The notes under the pieces were generated by a model. The model saw nothing but the letters and a program-made list of their open reading frames with translations, had not been told where the DNA came from and made no database searches. From Candidatus Nealsonbacteria bacterium (GTDB lineage Bacteria; Patescibacteriota; Minisyncoccia; Minisyncoccales; PWPS01), in contig PWHW01000002.1 of assembly GCA_003555075.1 (NCBI GenBank), forward strand, positions 96,210 to 160,209: 64,000 nucleotides of DNA. The letters run 5' to 3'. A program made the translations under genes and the position numbers. Shown in pieces: positions 26,831-36,793 of the stretch. The stretch's first letter is position 1. Every line of letters starts with the position of its first letter.

Positions 26831-28492
26831 ATGTGTGATAAACGTTTATGGTTTGTTTTTCTCATAGTAATTGTTTCTACGGGGTTATTCTGTTGGCGTC
26901 TTTTTAATTTGCAAATTGTTGAGGGAGGAGAATGGAGAGCTCAAGCCCAAGGACAACAAAGAATATTTACTCAGGCGCAAGGAGACAGGGGAAATATCTA
27001 TCTAAATAGCAACGGGGATCCCGTAGTGGCTGCTACTAATAAAAAGGTTTATCATGCATATATTTCTCCACGGAGAATAAAAGAAGAAGAGAAGGAAAGT
27101 TTTGCTTCTTTGTTTGCAGATCTACTGGATGTTGAGAAAGAAGATGTCTTGAAGAGAATGAAAAAAGATAGTGCTTATGAAGTAATAAAAAGAAATTTAA
27201 GCGAAGAAGAGAAGGAGGTGGTAGAAAGAACAGAAGAACTGTATATTCAAGAAGAACTTACTCGTTTCTATCCTGAGAATGACTTTGCTTCTCATGTTCT
27301 TGGTTTTGTGGGAGGCGAAAATAGGGGACAATACGGGGTAGAGCAGTACTATGAAAAAGTATTGCAAGGAAAAGTGGGCATGAGAGAGGGGTTGAAAAAT
27401 CCTTTGGGGACTCTTATTCTCAATGATTCTATTAAAAGAGGGGAGGACCTGTTTTTGACCATTGATTATAATGTACAGCATTTTGTAGAGAGAGAGCTTG
27501 AAGAGAGGGTTGAGCAGTTTGATGCAAGAAGTGGAATGGCGATCGTCATGAACCCGAAGACCGGTGAGGTAATGGCTATGGCAAATTACCCCGAGTTCGA
27601 TCCGAACAAATATAATAAATTTGAAAGCTCTGTATTTAAGAACTCTGCGATGCAGTCCGTGTTTGAACCGGGATCTGTGTTCAAACCGATAACCATGGCC
27701 ATTGCTTTGGATGAAGATGCTGTGAATCCCGAAGATACTTTTCTTGATACGGGAAGTGTGCAAATACACGGACGTACCATTTACAACTATGCCAGGAGAT
27801 CCTATGGGGAAGTGGATATGTCAAGGATCCTTGAGAATTCCATTAATACGGGAATAGTGTATGTGAAGGACAGGGTAGGTAATGAGACCTTTTTGGACTA
27901 TCTTCACGAATTCGGATTTTTTGAACCGACTGGCATAGATCTTCACGGTGAAGTTTACTCCAAAAACAGAAGTTTTCTTGAAGGTCATGAAGTTAATTTT
28001 GCCACTGCGTCTTATGGTCAGGGAATAAATGTTACCGCCGTTCAGCTCATGAGAGCTTTTTCCGCTTTGGCAAACAACGGAGAGATGGTCGATCCTTATG
28101 TGGTACAGAGAGAGGAGTATTATATTCCTTCCGGAGAGCAGGTGATCTCTGCCGAAACAGCTTCTTTGGTAACGGAAATGATGATCAATACCATTGAAGA
28201 TGGTTTTGGGAGTACAGCCAAGGTTCCGGGATACTATATAGCAGGAAAGACGGGTACTGCCCAGATCCCGTGGTCTTCGCTTGGGGTTAGTAGAAGAGGA
28301 TATTCGGATAAGACTATGCAGGGCTTTATAGGATTTGCTCCTGCCCTGGACCCCGAATTCATGATCTATGTGAGCCTTGATGATCCTTGGTCTCGTAGTG
28401 CTGAAGTCTCTGCCGCCCCTTTGTTCAAGGAGATATCGGAATTCCTTTTTGAATACAAGAGGATCCCTCCCGATTACGCCGTTACAGATTAA
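26831..28492 (+). CDS. ftsI: peptidoglycan D,D-transpeptidase FtsI / penicillin-binding protein 2
   Basis: N-terminal TM, transpeptidase motifs 'GSVFKP' (SxxK), 'ENSINTG' (SxN) and 'GKTGTA' (KTG). Confidence 0.9.
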   Translation: MCDKRLWFVFLIVIVSTGLFCWRLFNLQIVEGGEWRAQAQGQQRIFTQAQGDRGNIYLNSNGDPVVAATNKKVYHAYISPRRIKEEEKESFASLFADLLDVEKEDVLKRMKKDSAYEVIKRNLSEEEKEVVERTEELYIQEELTRFYPENDFASHVLGFVGGENRGQYGVEQYYEKVLQGKVGMREGLKNPLGTLILNDSIKRGEDLFLTIDYNVQHFVERELEERVEQFDARSGMAIVMNPKTGEVMAMANYPEFDPNKYNKFESSVFKNSAMQSVFEPGSVFKPITMAIALDEDAVNPEDTFLDTGSVQIHGRTIYNYARRSYGEVDMSRILENSINTGIVYVKDRVGNETFLDYLHEFGFFEPTGIDLHGEVYSKNRSFLEGHEVNFATASYGQGINVTAVQLMRAFSALANNGEMVDPYVVQREEYYIPSGEQVISAETASLVTEMMINTIEDGFGSTAKVPGYYIAGKTGTAQIPWSSLGVSRRGYSDKTMQGFIGFAPALDPEFMIYVSLDDPWSRSAEVSAAPLFKEISEFLFEYKRIPPDYAVTD

Positions 28493-28497
28493 ATTAA

Positions 28498-29118
28498 ATG
28501 CTTAAATTCATATTAAAAAATAAGAAGGTGGTCTTTATTGCGGGTGATAGAAGGAGGGAGGTTACGCATTTCATATATTTTATATTAAGAGATGGTTTTT
28601 CAATATTTCCCTCAAAAGGAATTCCCGGCATTTCCGATCTATTTAGGGTACTGAGAAGTGAAATAGTGATAATTGAAGATAACCCCGATGAGAGTCCTCA
28701 AGAAATAAAGGATTTTTTTTATTCACTCAATGATTGCGTATTTGTAATAACTGAAACAGGAAAGAGGGTGAGAATAAAAGAATTGCTTCGCGGGTTTTCC
28801 GATAAGTGGAGTCTTGTATTGGATTTTTCAATGGCAAAAAAGATCAAAAGAAAGAGAGTCAAAAAACTTCTTACTTTTGGTGTTAATAAAAAAAAGGCGG
28901 ATTTCTATATAACCGATACTTATCGCAAAGACAGGGAGACCAATTTTAAGGTCAACTACGAGGACAATATAATCCCTTTTTGGATAAAGGATGATTTAAA
29001 GAACAAGGATATATATTCCATACTTCCGGCTCTTTGTTTGGCTGAGCTATTTGATTTGAACTTGGCCAAGGTTTCCTATAGAATTAAGGAGGAGCTTACA
29101 GTCTTTACTCACAGATGA
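28498..29118 (+). CDS. hypothetical protein (206 aa) in the position where Mur ligases normally follow ftsI
   Basis: ORF with no recognisable motifs; K-rich. Confidence 0.4.
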   Translation: MLKFILKNKKVVFIAGDRRREVTHFIYFILRDGFSIFPSKGIPGISDLFRVLRSEIVIIEDNPDESPQEIKDFFYSLNDCVFVITETGKRVRIKELLRGFSDKWSLVLDFSMAKKIKRKRVKKLLTFGVNKKKADFYITDTYRKDRETNFKVNYEDNIIPFWIKDDLKNKDIYSILPALCLAELFDLNLAKVSYRIKEELTVFTHR

Positions 29119-29185
29119 AAATTTGCTATCATCTTTTGCGAGGATTTGGCCGTTTAGATTGGTCCTCGTTTCTTTTACATGATAT

Positions 29186-29260
29186 GGCCCCGTCGTCTAG
29201 TCTGGTCCAGGACGCCGGGTTCTCAGTCCGGCAACACGGGTTCAAATCCCGTCGGGGTCA
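29186..29260 (+). tRNA. tRNA-Glu (CTC)
   Basis: Acceptor GGCCCCG/CGGGGTC, Glu-type D-arm TCGTCTAGTCTGGTCCAGGACG, anticodon stem CCGGG/TCCGG with loop TTCTCAG, T-arm ACGGG-TTCAAAT-CCCGT. Confidence 0.7.
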
Positions 29261-29324
29261 CATTTTTATTTAGTAGAGATCTCTAAGTAGTTATGCTTGT
29301 TCTGGGAAAGTAAAACTTCAAAAA

Positions 29325-30434
29325 ATGAAAGTTCTATACGGAATATCGATTCTCGCAGGAACCATAATTGGGGCCGGACTTTTTTCTCTACCTTATATAA
29401 CTTCGGTTGTGGGTATCCATGTAATGATCGGATACCTTATTTTTTTAGGGGCTGTTTCTTTTTTGGTTCACTATTTTTTGGGAGAGATAAGCTTGAGAAC
29501 TCCTGATTTTTTACGTCTTCCGGGATTTGCTCGTTATCATCTGGGAAAGAAAGCACAAAAAGTAGCCTATATTTCCGGGATATTGGGAATGTTGGGAGCT
29601 ATTTTAGCTTATCTCATATTGGGTGGAGAATTCTTATCAGCTCTTCTTTCTCCTCAGATCGGCGGTGATACAGTGCATTATACCACTATTTATTTCATTA
29701 TCTCCTCCGCCTTCATTTATTCTGGTATCAGAGCTATTTCTAAAATGGAGCTTTGCGGGATTGCTCTTTTTTTCCTACTTCTTGTCTTTACTTTCATTTA
29801 CGGATTTCAGGAGATCTCAATGGGTAATTTACTTGTCAGAAAGGAGCAGTTCGATCTTTTTCTTCCCTATGGTGCTCTTTTGTTTGCTTTATGGGGAGGA
29901 GCTCTTGTTCCTGAGATAGAGGAGTTGCTTTCTTTGGGAAAAGAAAGGAAAAAACTTAGAACCATCATTCCTGCGGGAATGCTCTTTTCCGTTCTTATTT
30001 CCTTTTTCTTTATTATTGTCATTTTGGGAATGGCAGGAGAGGGAACTACAAGAGAGGCTCTTGTGGGCTTGGAAAATTATTTGGGGCAAGAGGTGGCAGC
30101 TCTAATGCTTCTTTTTGGACTTTTGGTGGTATTTACTTCCATTATTACCATAGGTCTTACGGTCAAAAAGATACTTTGGTATGATCTGAATATTCCTAGA
30201 GATGCTTCTTGGGCGATAACTTGTTTTATACCTTTCATTCTTTTTCTTGCCGGAATAAAAGATTTCATAGGAGTGATCGGCGTAGTGGGCGCGGTAATGA
30301 TAGCTGTAGATGCCATTCTTATACTTCTTATGTATGAAAAGATAAAACCCAAAACGGTCAGGTTGATCACTTATCCTTTGATATTTCTTTTTGTTTTGGG
30401 TATTATTCATGAGGCGATCTATTACTTTATCTAG
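29325..30434 (+). CDS. amino-acid permease-like membrane transporter (Trp/Tyr-permease-like family, ~11 TM)
   Basis: 369 aa, polytopic. The N-terminal motif 'GTIIGAGLFSLPY' resembles the aromatic amino-acid permease family. Confidence 0.45.
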   Translation: MKVLYGISILAGTIIGAGLFSLPYITSVVGIHVMIGYLIFLGAVSFLVHYFLGEISLRTPDFLRLPGFARYHLGKKAQKVAYISGILGMLGAILAYLILGGEFLSALLSPQIGGDTVHYTTIYFIISSAFIYSGIRAISKMELCGIALFFLLLVFTFIYGFQEISMGNLLVRKEQFDLFLPYGALLFALWGGALVPEIEELLSLGKERKKLRTIIPAGMLFSVLISFFFIIVILGMAGEGTTREALVGLENYLGQEVAALMLLFGLLVVFTSIITIGLTVKKILWYDLNIPRDASWAITCFIPFILFLAGIKDFIGVIGVVGAVMIAVDAILILLMYEKIKPKTVRLITYPLIFLFVLGIIHEAIYYFI

Positions 30435-30443
30435 TCAGGAGAC

Positions 30444-31400
30444 ATGCTTCCATATATAGCTATTTTTGTCTTATCATGTCTTGGAATAATCTTTTCCAGT
30501 CGTTGGGTCATTGATTCCTTGAGAAGAATGGCTCACCATTTGGGATGGAAGGAGTTCGTGGTAGCTTTTTTCACCGCCTCTATAGGAGCAGTGCTACCCG
30601 AGCTTTTCATAGGAGTTAGAGCGGCCCTGGAAGGAGTTTCTGAGCTTGCCCTTGGGAATGTGATGGGGCAGAACATAATACTTTTTACTTTTTCAGTAGC
30701 ACTCTGTGCAGTGGTACTGGGGGAGATCACTGTGCAGAGCAGAACGGTAAGAGCCGGAACGGGATTTGCGGTAATATCTGTGATCCTTCCCTTCATTTTG
30801 CTTCATAATGGCATGATATCGAGGCTTGATGGTGTGGTGCTCATACTAGCCTTTCTTTTATACGTAAGATGGCTCTTCAAAGATGAGGATAGATTTATGA
30901 AGAACCATGAGGGTCAGGGTCATGAGAGGATCAAAAAGAAGCCCCATGCTCTAAGAGATGCGGGAATTGCTTTGGGTGGTCTTTTGCTCGTTGTTTTTGC
31001 GGCCGAAGGAATAATTTTTTCGGCTGGTCATTTTGCTGAGTACATGGGAGTTCCTATAGGCGTAATAGGACTTGTTTTCGTTGGGGCGGGAGTTGCTCTT
31101 CCCGAAACCTTTCTGTCATTGAAGCTTGCCTTGAAAGGTCAATGCTGGATGATACTTGGAGGACTCATGGGGGCCATAGCCATGTCTTCAACGCTTGTCT
31201 TGGGAGTGGTGGCAATAATCGATCCCATTGTAATTGATAATTTTGCGCCTTATTCGGTGGGAAGATTCTTTCTTATTTTAAGCGGAGTTGCTTTATGGTT
31301 CTTTGTGAGAACCAGTAACAAGATCACCAGGAGAGAGGCATGGGTTTTGTTTGCTATTTACGCACTATTCCTCATTTTCGAATTCTTCATAATGAAATGA
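30444..31400 (+). CDS. CaCA-family sodium/calcium exchanger membrane protein
   Basis: Two alpha-repeats: 'ASIGAVLPELFIGVRAA' and 'GAGVALPETFLSLKLA'. Confidence 0.7.
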   Translation: MLPYIAIFVLSCLGIIFSSRWVIDSLRRMAHHLGWKEFVVAFFTASIGAVLPELFIGVRAALEGVSELALGNVMGQNIILFTFSVALCAVVLGEITVQSRTVRAGTGFAVISVILPFILLHNGMISRLDGVVLILAFLLYVRWLFKDEDRFMKNHEGQGHERIKKKPHALRDAGIALGGLLLVVFAAEGIIFSAGHFAEYMGVPIGVIGLVFVGAGVALPETFLSLKLALKGQCWMILGGLMGAIAMSSTLVLGVVAIIDPIVIDNFAPYSVGRFFLILSGVALWFFVRTSNKITRREAWVLFAIYALFLIFEFFIMK

Positions 31401-31448
31401 CCTCACTTTCTTGAATTTTTTGATTTTTGGTGGTATCATTTACCAGCC

Positions 31449-32441
31449 ATGACAGAGATTTTTCTCGTTTTTATTATATTATTTGTCCTTTTTATTATTT
31501 TGCTCTATGTGCGCAAAGCGAACTTAGAAACGGAAAGGCGCCTTACCGATCTTATTTCAAGAGAACTCAAGGACGTCAGGAACGATGTTGATATTGGCTC
31601 CAAAGATCTGAGTGACAGGGTTTCCTCTTTTATAAGAGAAACCTCCGATATAAAGCAAAGAATGGCGAATGTACAAGAGGTGGTAAGGGATATATCGTCC
31701 TTCCAAGAATTCTTTCGTTCTCCAAAGATCAGAGGGCAATGGGGTGAAGCCACCTTAAGACACCTTCTGGGAGAGTATTTTCCGGAGAGTTTATACACTA
31801 TGCAGTATAGGTTTTCTTCGGGAGAAACGGTGGATGCCGTATTAAAGCTTCCGGATAATAATCTTCTTCCCATAGATGCCAAATTTCCCTTTGAAAATTT
31901 CAGAAAAATGATCGAAGCTGAAGGTAAAGAAAGGGAAGAGTTAAGAAAGAAATTCTTGGGAGATGTGAAAAACAGGATTCGCGAGATATCGGATAAATAT
32001 ATTCTCCCCGAAGAGGGGACCGTGGATTTTGCGGTAATGTATGTTCCCGCGGAAGCGGTATATTACGAAATGAACATGATAAGTGGTACCGATATTCCCG
32101 AATTTGCACGTTCCAATAAAGTTATCCTGGCTTCCCCGAATACGTTTTATTTGACTTTGCGAGCGATAGAGCAATGGTTTCGTGACACTCAGATCACAAG
32201 AGAGGCTCACGAGATAATGAAAAGGCTTCGCAAGATCGAGAAAGATGGGGAAAAACTTGATAAGGACTTCAAGAAGCTTGGAAATCATTTAAAGAATACC
32301 GTATCAGCCTACCGATCTTCCAAAAAGAGGATTGTGTTATTTGATAGAAAGGTAAAAGGAATCTTGAAGAATAAACAACTAACCGCCTCGGAAAGAAAAG
32401 AAGAAAATTACCGTGGCAAAAAAAATGATAGCAGTAATTAA
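31449..32441 (+). CDS. rmuC: DNA recombination protein RmuC
   Basis: N-terminal TM plus coiled coil, and a RmuC C-terminal motif 'LLPIDAKFPFENF'. Confidence 0.75.
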   Translation: MTEIFLVFIILFVLFIILLYVRKANLETERRLTDLISRELKDVRNDVDIGSKDLSDRVSSFIRETSDIKQRMANVQEVVRDISSFQEFFRSPKIRGQWGEATLRHLLGEYFPESLYTMQYRFSSGETVDAVLKLPDNNLLPIDAKFPFENFRKMIEAEGKEREELRKKFLGDVKNRIREISDKYILPEEGTVDFAVMYVPAEAVYYEMNMISGTDIPEFARSNKVILASPNTFYLTLRAIEQWFRDTQITREAHEIMKRLRKIEKDGEKLDKDFKKLGNHLKNTVSAYRSSKKRIVLFDRKVKGILKNKQLTASERKEENYRGKKNDSSN

Positions 32442-32829
32442 AACAGGAGGAAAACAATATTTGGTTTCTCCGGGAGAGAAGATAAAAGTAGAAAAAATGG
32501 ATGCGGCTCCCGGAGAAAAGGTAAGATTCAGCGAGGTGCTTTTCTTTGAAGACGAAAAAGGGGAATTTTTGCTCGGAACTCCTTACTTAACGGGAGTAAA
32601 AGTTGAGGGAGAGGTTTTGGAAGAAGGTCTTGGAGAGAAGAAGAGGGTGTTCAAATATAAACCCAAGAAAAGATATAAAGTGAAGAAGGGGGCGAGACAA
32701 CCCTTTACCGAAGTCGAGATCAAAGAAATAAAACTTGAAACAAGTAGCTCTAAAAAAGGATCTTCTACAAAAGGTTCTGCAACCAAAAAAAGCTCTTCTT
32801 CCAAAGAGACTTCCAAAAAAGAAAAATAA
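32425..32829 (+). CDS. rplU: 50S ribosomal protein L21 with a K/S-rich C-terminal tail
   Basis: 'MIAVIKTGGKQYLVSPGEKIKVEK...KYKPKKRYKVKKGARQPFTEVEIKEI'. Confidence 0.85.
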   Translation: MIAVIKTGGKQYLVSPGEKIKVEKMDAAPGEKVRFSEVLFFEDEKGEFLLGTPYLTGVKVEGEVLEEGLGEKKRVFKYKPKKRYKVKKGARQPFTEVEIKEIKLETSSSKKGSSTKGSATKKSSSSKETSKKEK

Positions 32830-32834
32830 AGCTC

Positions 32835-33446
32835 TTACTTTCTTCCTTTAAGAGAGTGGGTGAGAGTGTCTTCGTCGGCGTACTCTAATTCTCCGCCGGT
32901 GGGGAGGCCTCTTCCAAGGCGGGTGTGTTTGATATTCAAAGAGGTCAATATTCGTGACACATAATTTGCGGTAGCTTCTCCTTCCGTGTTCTGGTTGGTT
33001 GCAATGATCACTTCTTTTATTTTTGGTAAGCCATGATCCTTGTGATTCTCTATTCTCTCCTTGAGTTCTTTTGCCCTTATTTTTTTAAAATCCTCTTTTT
33101 TAAGAGGGGATATGGTTCCTCCAAGGATAAAGTAGATACCGTTATATTCGTTGGTCTTTTCTATTGCAAGTAGATCAGCTTCTTTTTCAACTACGCAAAT
33201 GACATCTCTTTCTCTTCCTCTGTTTGCACAAACAGAACAGAACTCTTTTTCTTTTGCAATGGAGCGAAAACATATTTTACAAAAGCTCAAAGAATTTCTT
33301 ACTTCTTGCAGAGCGCTCATTAATTCCTTTATTTCTTTTTCAGGAGCATTGAGGCAGTAGAAAGCAAACCTTGTTGCCGTACGAGGTCCGATAGTAGGGA
33401 ATTTCGAGAAATGGTGTATCAATTTTTCGATTGACGGAGGATACAT
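32835..33446 (-). CDS. recR: recombination protein RecR
   Basis: HhH 'LIHHFSKFPTIGPRTATRFAF', C4 zinc finger 'CKICFRSI...CSVC', Toprim domain. Confidence 0.9.
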   Translation of the reverse strand: MYPPSIEKLIHHFSKFPTIGPRTATRFAFYCLNAPEKEIKELMSALQEVRNSLSFCKICFRSIAKEKEFCSVCANRGRERDVICVVEKEADLLAIEKTNEYNGIYFILGGTISPLKKEDFKKIRAKELKERIENHKDHGLPKIKEVIIATNQNTEGEATANYVSRILTSLNIKHTRLGRGLPTGGELEYADEDTLTHSLKGRK

Positions 33447-33448
33447 TT

Positions 33449-34795
33449 TTAATAATGTGTCTTATCCAAGTTTCTAAACGTGGCAGTACTTTGATCGAAG
33501 TATAGTTCCGCTTTTCCCACAGGGCCGTTACGATGCTTTGCCACTATTATGTCCGATATATTCTTGCGAGAAGTATCTTCTCGGTAATAATCCTCACGAT
33601 AAATGAACATTACTACGTCCGCATCTTGCTCTATACTTCCACTTTCTCTAAGATCGGCAAGCCTTGGCACTTGAGGAGTTCTTTGCTCTACGGCTCTTGA
33701 GAGTTGCGATAATGCAAGAACGGGTACATTTAATTCTTTTGCCAATGATTTCAACTCTCTTGATATTTCCGTCATTTGCTGAACCAAGGAGTCTCTTTGT
33801 GATCTGGGCTGCATGAGCTGTAAATAATCTACAATGATGAGTCCAAGACCTTTTTCAGACTGAAGCCTTCGTGCCATTGTTCTCATTTGCATTACGTTGA
33901 AAGAAACAGAGTCGTCGATATAAATGGGGAGCTTTGATATTTTTCCAAATGATTCTCTTATTCTTTCAAAATCATTATTCTCCCCTTGTTTTTTAAGATT
34001 TCCTGTGCGCAATTTCCAAAGATCTATTTCCGATATGTCTGCAATGAGCCTATCTACTATTTGATCTATCGACATTTCCAAACTGAATATTCCCACAGGA
34101 GTATCGTGATTAAAGGCAATGTTCTTTGCTATATTGGAAGCAAAAGCACTTTTACCCATGCTTGGTCTTGCGGCGAGGATGACAAGATCCGATTTTTGAA
34201 GCCCCGAAAGAATGTTGTCGAGATCGGAGAATCCGGTGGGAAGACCTCTTGCTGTGCCCTTCTCTTCGGATAGTGCTTCTATTCTTTCAAAAGCATCTTC
34301 CAAGGTATCCTTTATTGCTGAGAAGTTCTTTCTTGAGGATCCTTGGGCTATGCTGAATATTTTCCTTTCCGCTTCATCCAATAAATGATCTACGTCCTTA
34401 CTCTCTTCGTATGCTGAAATACTTATTTCTTGACCGAAATTTATGAGGTCTCGCAATATTCTTTTTTTACAAACTATGTTTGCGTAATCAGCGACGTGGC
34501 TTGCGGTGGGCACGGAATTTACAAGGGAAGTGAGGTAGCTTTTTCCGCCTATGCTATCAAGCAGTTTTCGTTCTTTGAGGTGGGCGGAAACGGAAAGAAG
34601 ATCAATGGCTTCTCTGCGATCCATCAAGCTCACAATGGTCTCGTATATATCCTGGTGAGCTTTTTTATAGAAATCTTTCGGAGCAAGAAAATCGACCACT
34701 TTAAAGATCGCTTCCGGGTCAAGCATCAATGACCCGAGAAGTGATTGTTCAGCTTCTATATTTTGAGGAGGTATTCTTTCGGTATTATTTGTCAT
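33449..34795 (-). CDS. dnaB: replicative DNA helicase DnaB
   Basis: 'PPQNIEAEQSLLGSLMLDPEA', Walker A 'ARPSMGKSAFASNIA', RecA-like C-terminal domain. An alternative upstream start at 34831 would overlap cysS by 47 nt. Confidence 0.9.
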   Translation of the reverse strand: MTNNTERIPPQNIEAEQSLLGSLMLDPEAIFKVVDFLAPKDFYKKAHQDIYETIVSLMDRREAIDLLSVSAHLKERKLLDSIGGKSYLTSLVNSVPTASHVADYANIVCKKRILRDLINFGQEISISAYEESKDVDHLLDEAERKIFSIAQGSSRKNFSAIKDTLEDAFERIEALSEEKGTARGLPTGFSDLDNILSGLQKSDLVILAARPSMGKSAFASNIAKNIAFNHDTPVGIFSLEMSIDQIVDRLIADISEIDLWKLRTGNLKKQGENNDFERIRESFGKISKLPIYIDDSVSFNVMQMRTMARRLQSEKGLGLIIVDYLQLMQPRSQRDSLVQQMTEISRELKSLAKELNVPVLALSQLSRAVEQRTPQVPRLADLRESGSIEQDADVVMFIYREDYYREDTSRKNISDIIVAKHRNGPVGKAELYFDQSTATFRNLDKTHY

Positions 34796-36149
34796 ATTTT
34801 CTAATTTTATAACTTTCCTTGGTATCTTCAATATAATATCCCATTTTTTCCAGTTTGCTTCTTATTTCATCTGCTTTCTCAAAATCCTTATTTTCTCGAT
34901 ACTTTTCTCTTTTTTCAGCCAATTCTTTTACTTCTTCGGGAGTTTCTTCGGTGGCTTTGCTCGAAAGCGAAAGTCCAAGAACATTATCAAAGTCCGTAAC
35001 GGTACTCTTTTTATCATTTTCTTTTTCATTCTTATCTTTTATTAAATTCCAAAGGACCTCCAGGGCTTTCGGGGCATTGAGGTCGTCGTTCATTGCTTCC
35101 AAGAATTGTTTTTTGTACTTTTCTATCACTTTTCCTTCCTCGTGTCCCAAGTCAAGAAATCTTTCTCTTAGTTTATTAAGAGAGTTTTGTGCTCCGCTCA
35201 ATGCTTCCGTGGAAAAGTTCAATTTTGAGCGATAATGGGCATTGAGAGTTAAATATCTGTAAGCGAGGGGGTCAAAACCTTCTTCTTTCAATCTAGAGAG
35301 AGTAACGATTCCGCCTTTTGATTTTGACATTTTTTCGTCCTTAAGATTCAAGAATTCTCCGTGCATCCAAAACCTTGCCAAATTTTCACCGAAAGCTGCT
35401 TCTGACTGTGCTATCTCGTTTGGATGATGTATCTCTACGTGATCTATTCCTCCACAATGGATATCAAAAGGAACTCCGAGATATTTTTTGGCCATTACCA
35501 CACACTCTGTATGCCATCCCGGAAAACCGACTCCCCACGGGGAATTCCATTCCATCTGTCTCTTTTCTTCTGGTTTTGAGAACTTCCAGAGAGCAAAATC
35601 CGTGATATTCTTCTTTCCTTTTATATCTACTCTTTTTCCTGCTTCTATATCGGCCAAATTGGTCAGTTTTCCGTACCCTTCCAGCTTTGAGGTGTCAAAA
35701 TATATACCGTCCTCTATTTGATAAGTAAACCCCTTTTTTTCCAGTATTTCTATTAATTCTATCTGCTCTTCTATTGTCTCGGTGGCTTTAACGTATACAC
35801 CAGGGCTTCCAATGTTAAGGTCCTCAATATCATTTTTGAATGCTTTCGTGTAGTATTCGGCGATCTCCCAAGCAGTTTTCTTCTTTTCTTTGGCACTTTT
35901 TTCTATTTTATCCTCTCCGCTATCTTCGTCCGAAGTAAGGTGTCCCACATCGGTTATGTTCATTACATGCTTTACTCGATAATGATTATAAATGAGTGTT
36001 CTTTTGAGGATATCTTCAAAAAGGTAGGTTCTTAAATTTCCTATATGAACATAGTCGTAAACGGTGGGGCCGCAAGTATAAAGCCCCACCTCTTTCTTTA
36101 GGGGGCTGAATACTTCTTTTTTTCTGGTGAGCGAGTTATACAGTTTCAT
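34785..36149 (-). CDS. cysS: cysteine--tRNA ligase
   Basis: 'CGPTVYDYVHIGNLRTY' (HIGH region), 'KMSKSKG' (KMSKS motif), 'CGGIDHVEIHH'. Confidence 0.92.
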   Translation of the reverse strand: MKLYNSLTRKKEVFSPLKKEVGLYTCGPTVYDYVHIGNLRTYLFEDILKRTLIYNHYRVKHVMNITDVGHLTSDEDSGEDKIEKSAKEKKKTAWEIAEYYTKAFKNDIEDLNIGSPGVYVKATETIEEQIELIEILEKKGFTYQIEDGIYFDTSKLEGYGKLTNLADIEAGKRVDIKGKKNITDFALWKFSKPEEKRQMEWNSPWGVGFPGWHTECVVMAKKYLGVPFDIHCGGIDHVEIHHPNEIAQSEAAFGENLARFWMHGEFLNLKDEKMSKSKGGIVTLSRLKEEGFDPLAYRYLTLNAHYRSKLNFSTEALSGAQNSLNKLRERFLDLGHEEGKVIEKYKKQFLEAMNDDLNAPKALEVLWNLIKDKNEKENDKKSTVTDFDNVLGLSLSSKATEETPEEVKELAEKREKYRENKDFEKADEIRSKLEKMGYYIEDTKESYKIRKYDK

Positions 36150-36214
36150 GGCAACTTAAATCTAGCACAAAAAAATCTTTCTTTCTACCTCTTTTTATTG
36201 TAGAATGGCTAAGT

Positions 36215-36793
36215 ATGATAGAGGGACTTTTAGTGATGCTTCTCGCCATGACACCCGTGGTGGGAATAAGGGGAGCTCTTCCGATGGCGATAATGGGATA
36301 CGAAATGGAAGTGCTTCCCGCATACTTTTTTTCTGTGATGGGGGAGTTCATACCCGTCTTTTTCATTTTGGCACTTCTTGGAATAATTTCCGAGTGGCTT
36401 TCCGCGAACTTTTCATTTTTTAATCGATTTTTCAACTTTCTTTTTAAGAAGACCAGAAGGGATTATGACGGTAGAGTGGGGAAGTACGGACTTTTTGCTC
36501 TTTTCCTGTATACCGCTATTCCCGTTCCTTTCTCCGGAGCATGGACCGCCTCTTTAGTGGTCTTTCTTTTCGGGCTTCCTTATTTAAGGTCAATAATTTC
36601 CATATTTTTTGGTATACTTTTTGCAGGTATCAATGTTCTCATTATAATGGAGATGGGAAAGAGCATAGAAGAGTATCATGGTATCACCACCTTAATCGGG
36701 TTGGCCCTACTTGCAGGGCTGGTATATTTCCTTTATCATCGCAAAAGAAAAAATAAGAGAATTCAAAACAATGTCCAATCTGGTAATTTATAG
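36215..36793 (+). CDS. COG2426/small multidrug-export-like membrane protein
   Basis: 'MTPVVGIRGALPMAIMGYE' N-terminal signature of the Sm_multidrug_ex family, with 4-5 TM helices. Confidence 0.5.
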   Translation: MIEGLLVMLLAMTPVVGIRGALPMAIMGYEMEVLPAYFFSVMGEFIPVFFILALLGIISEWLSANFSFFNRFFNFLFKKTRRDYDGRVGKYGLFALFLYTAIPVPFSGAWTASLVVFLFGLPYLRSIISIFFGILFAGINVLIIMEMGKSIEEYHGITTLIGLALLAGLVYFLYHRKRKNKRIQNNVQSGNL

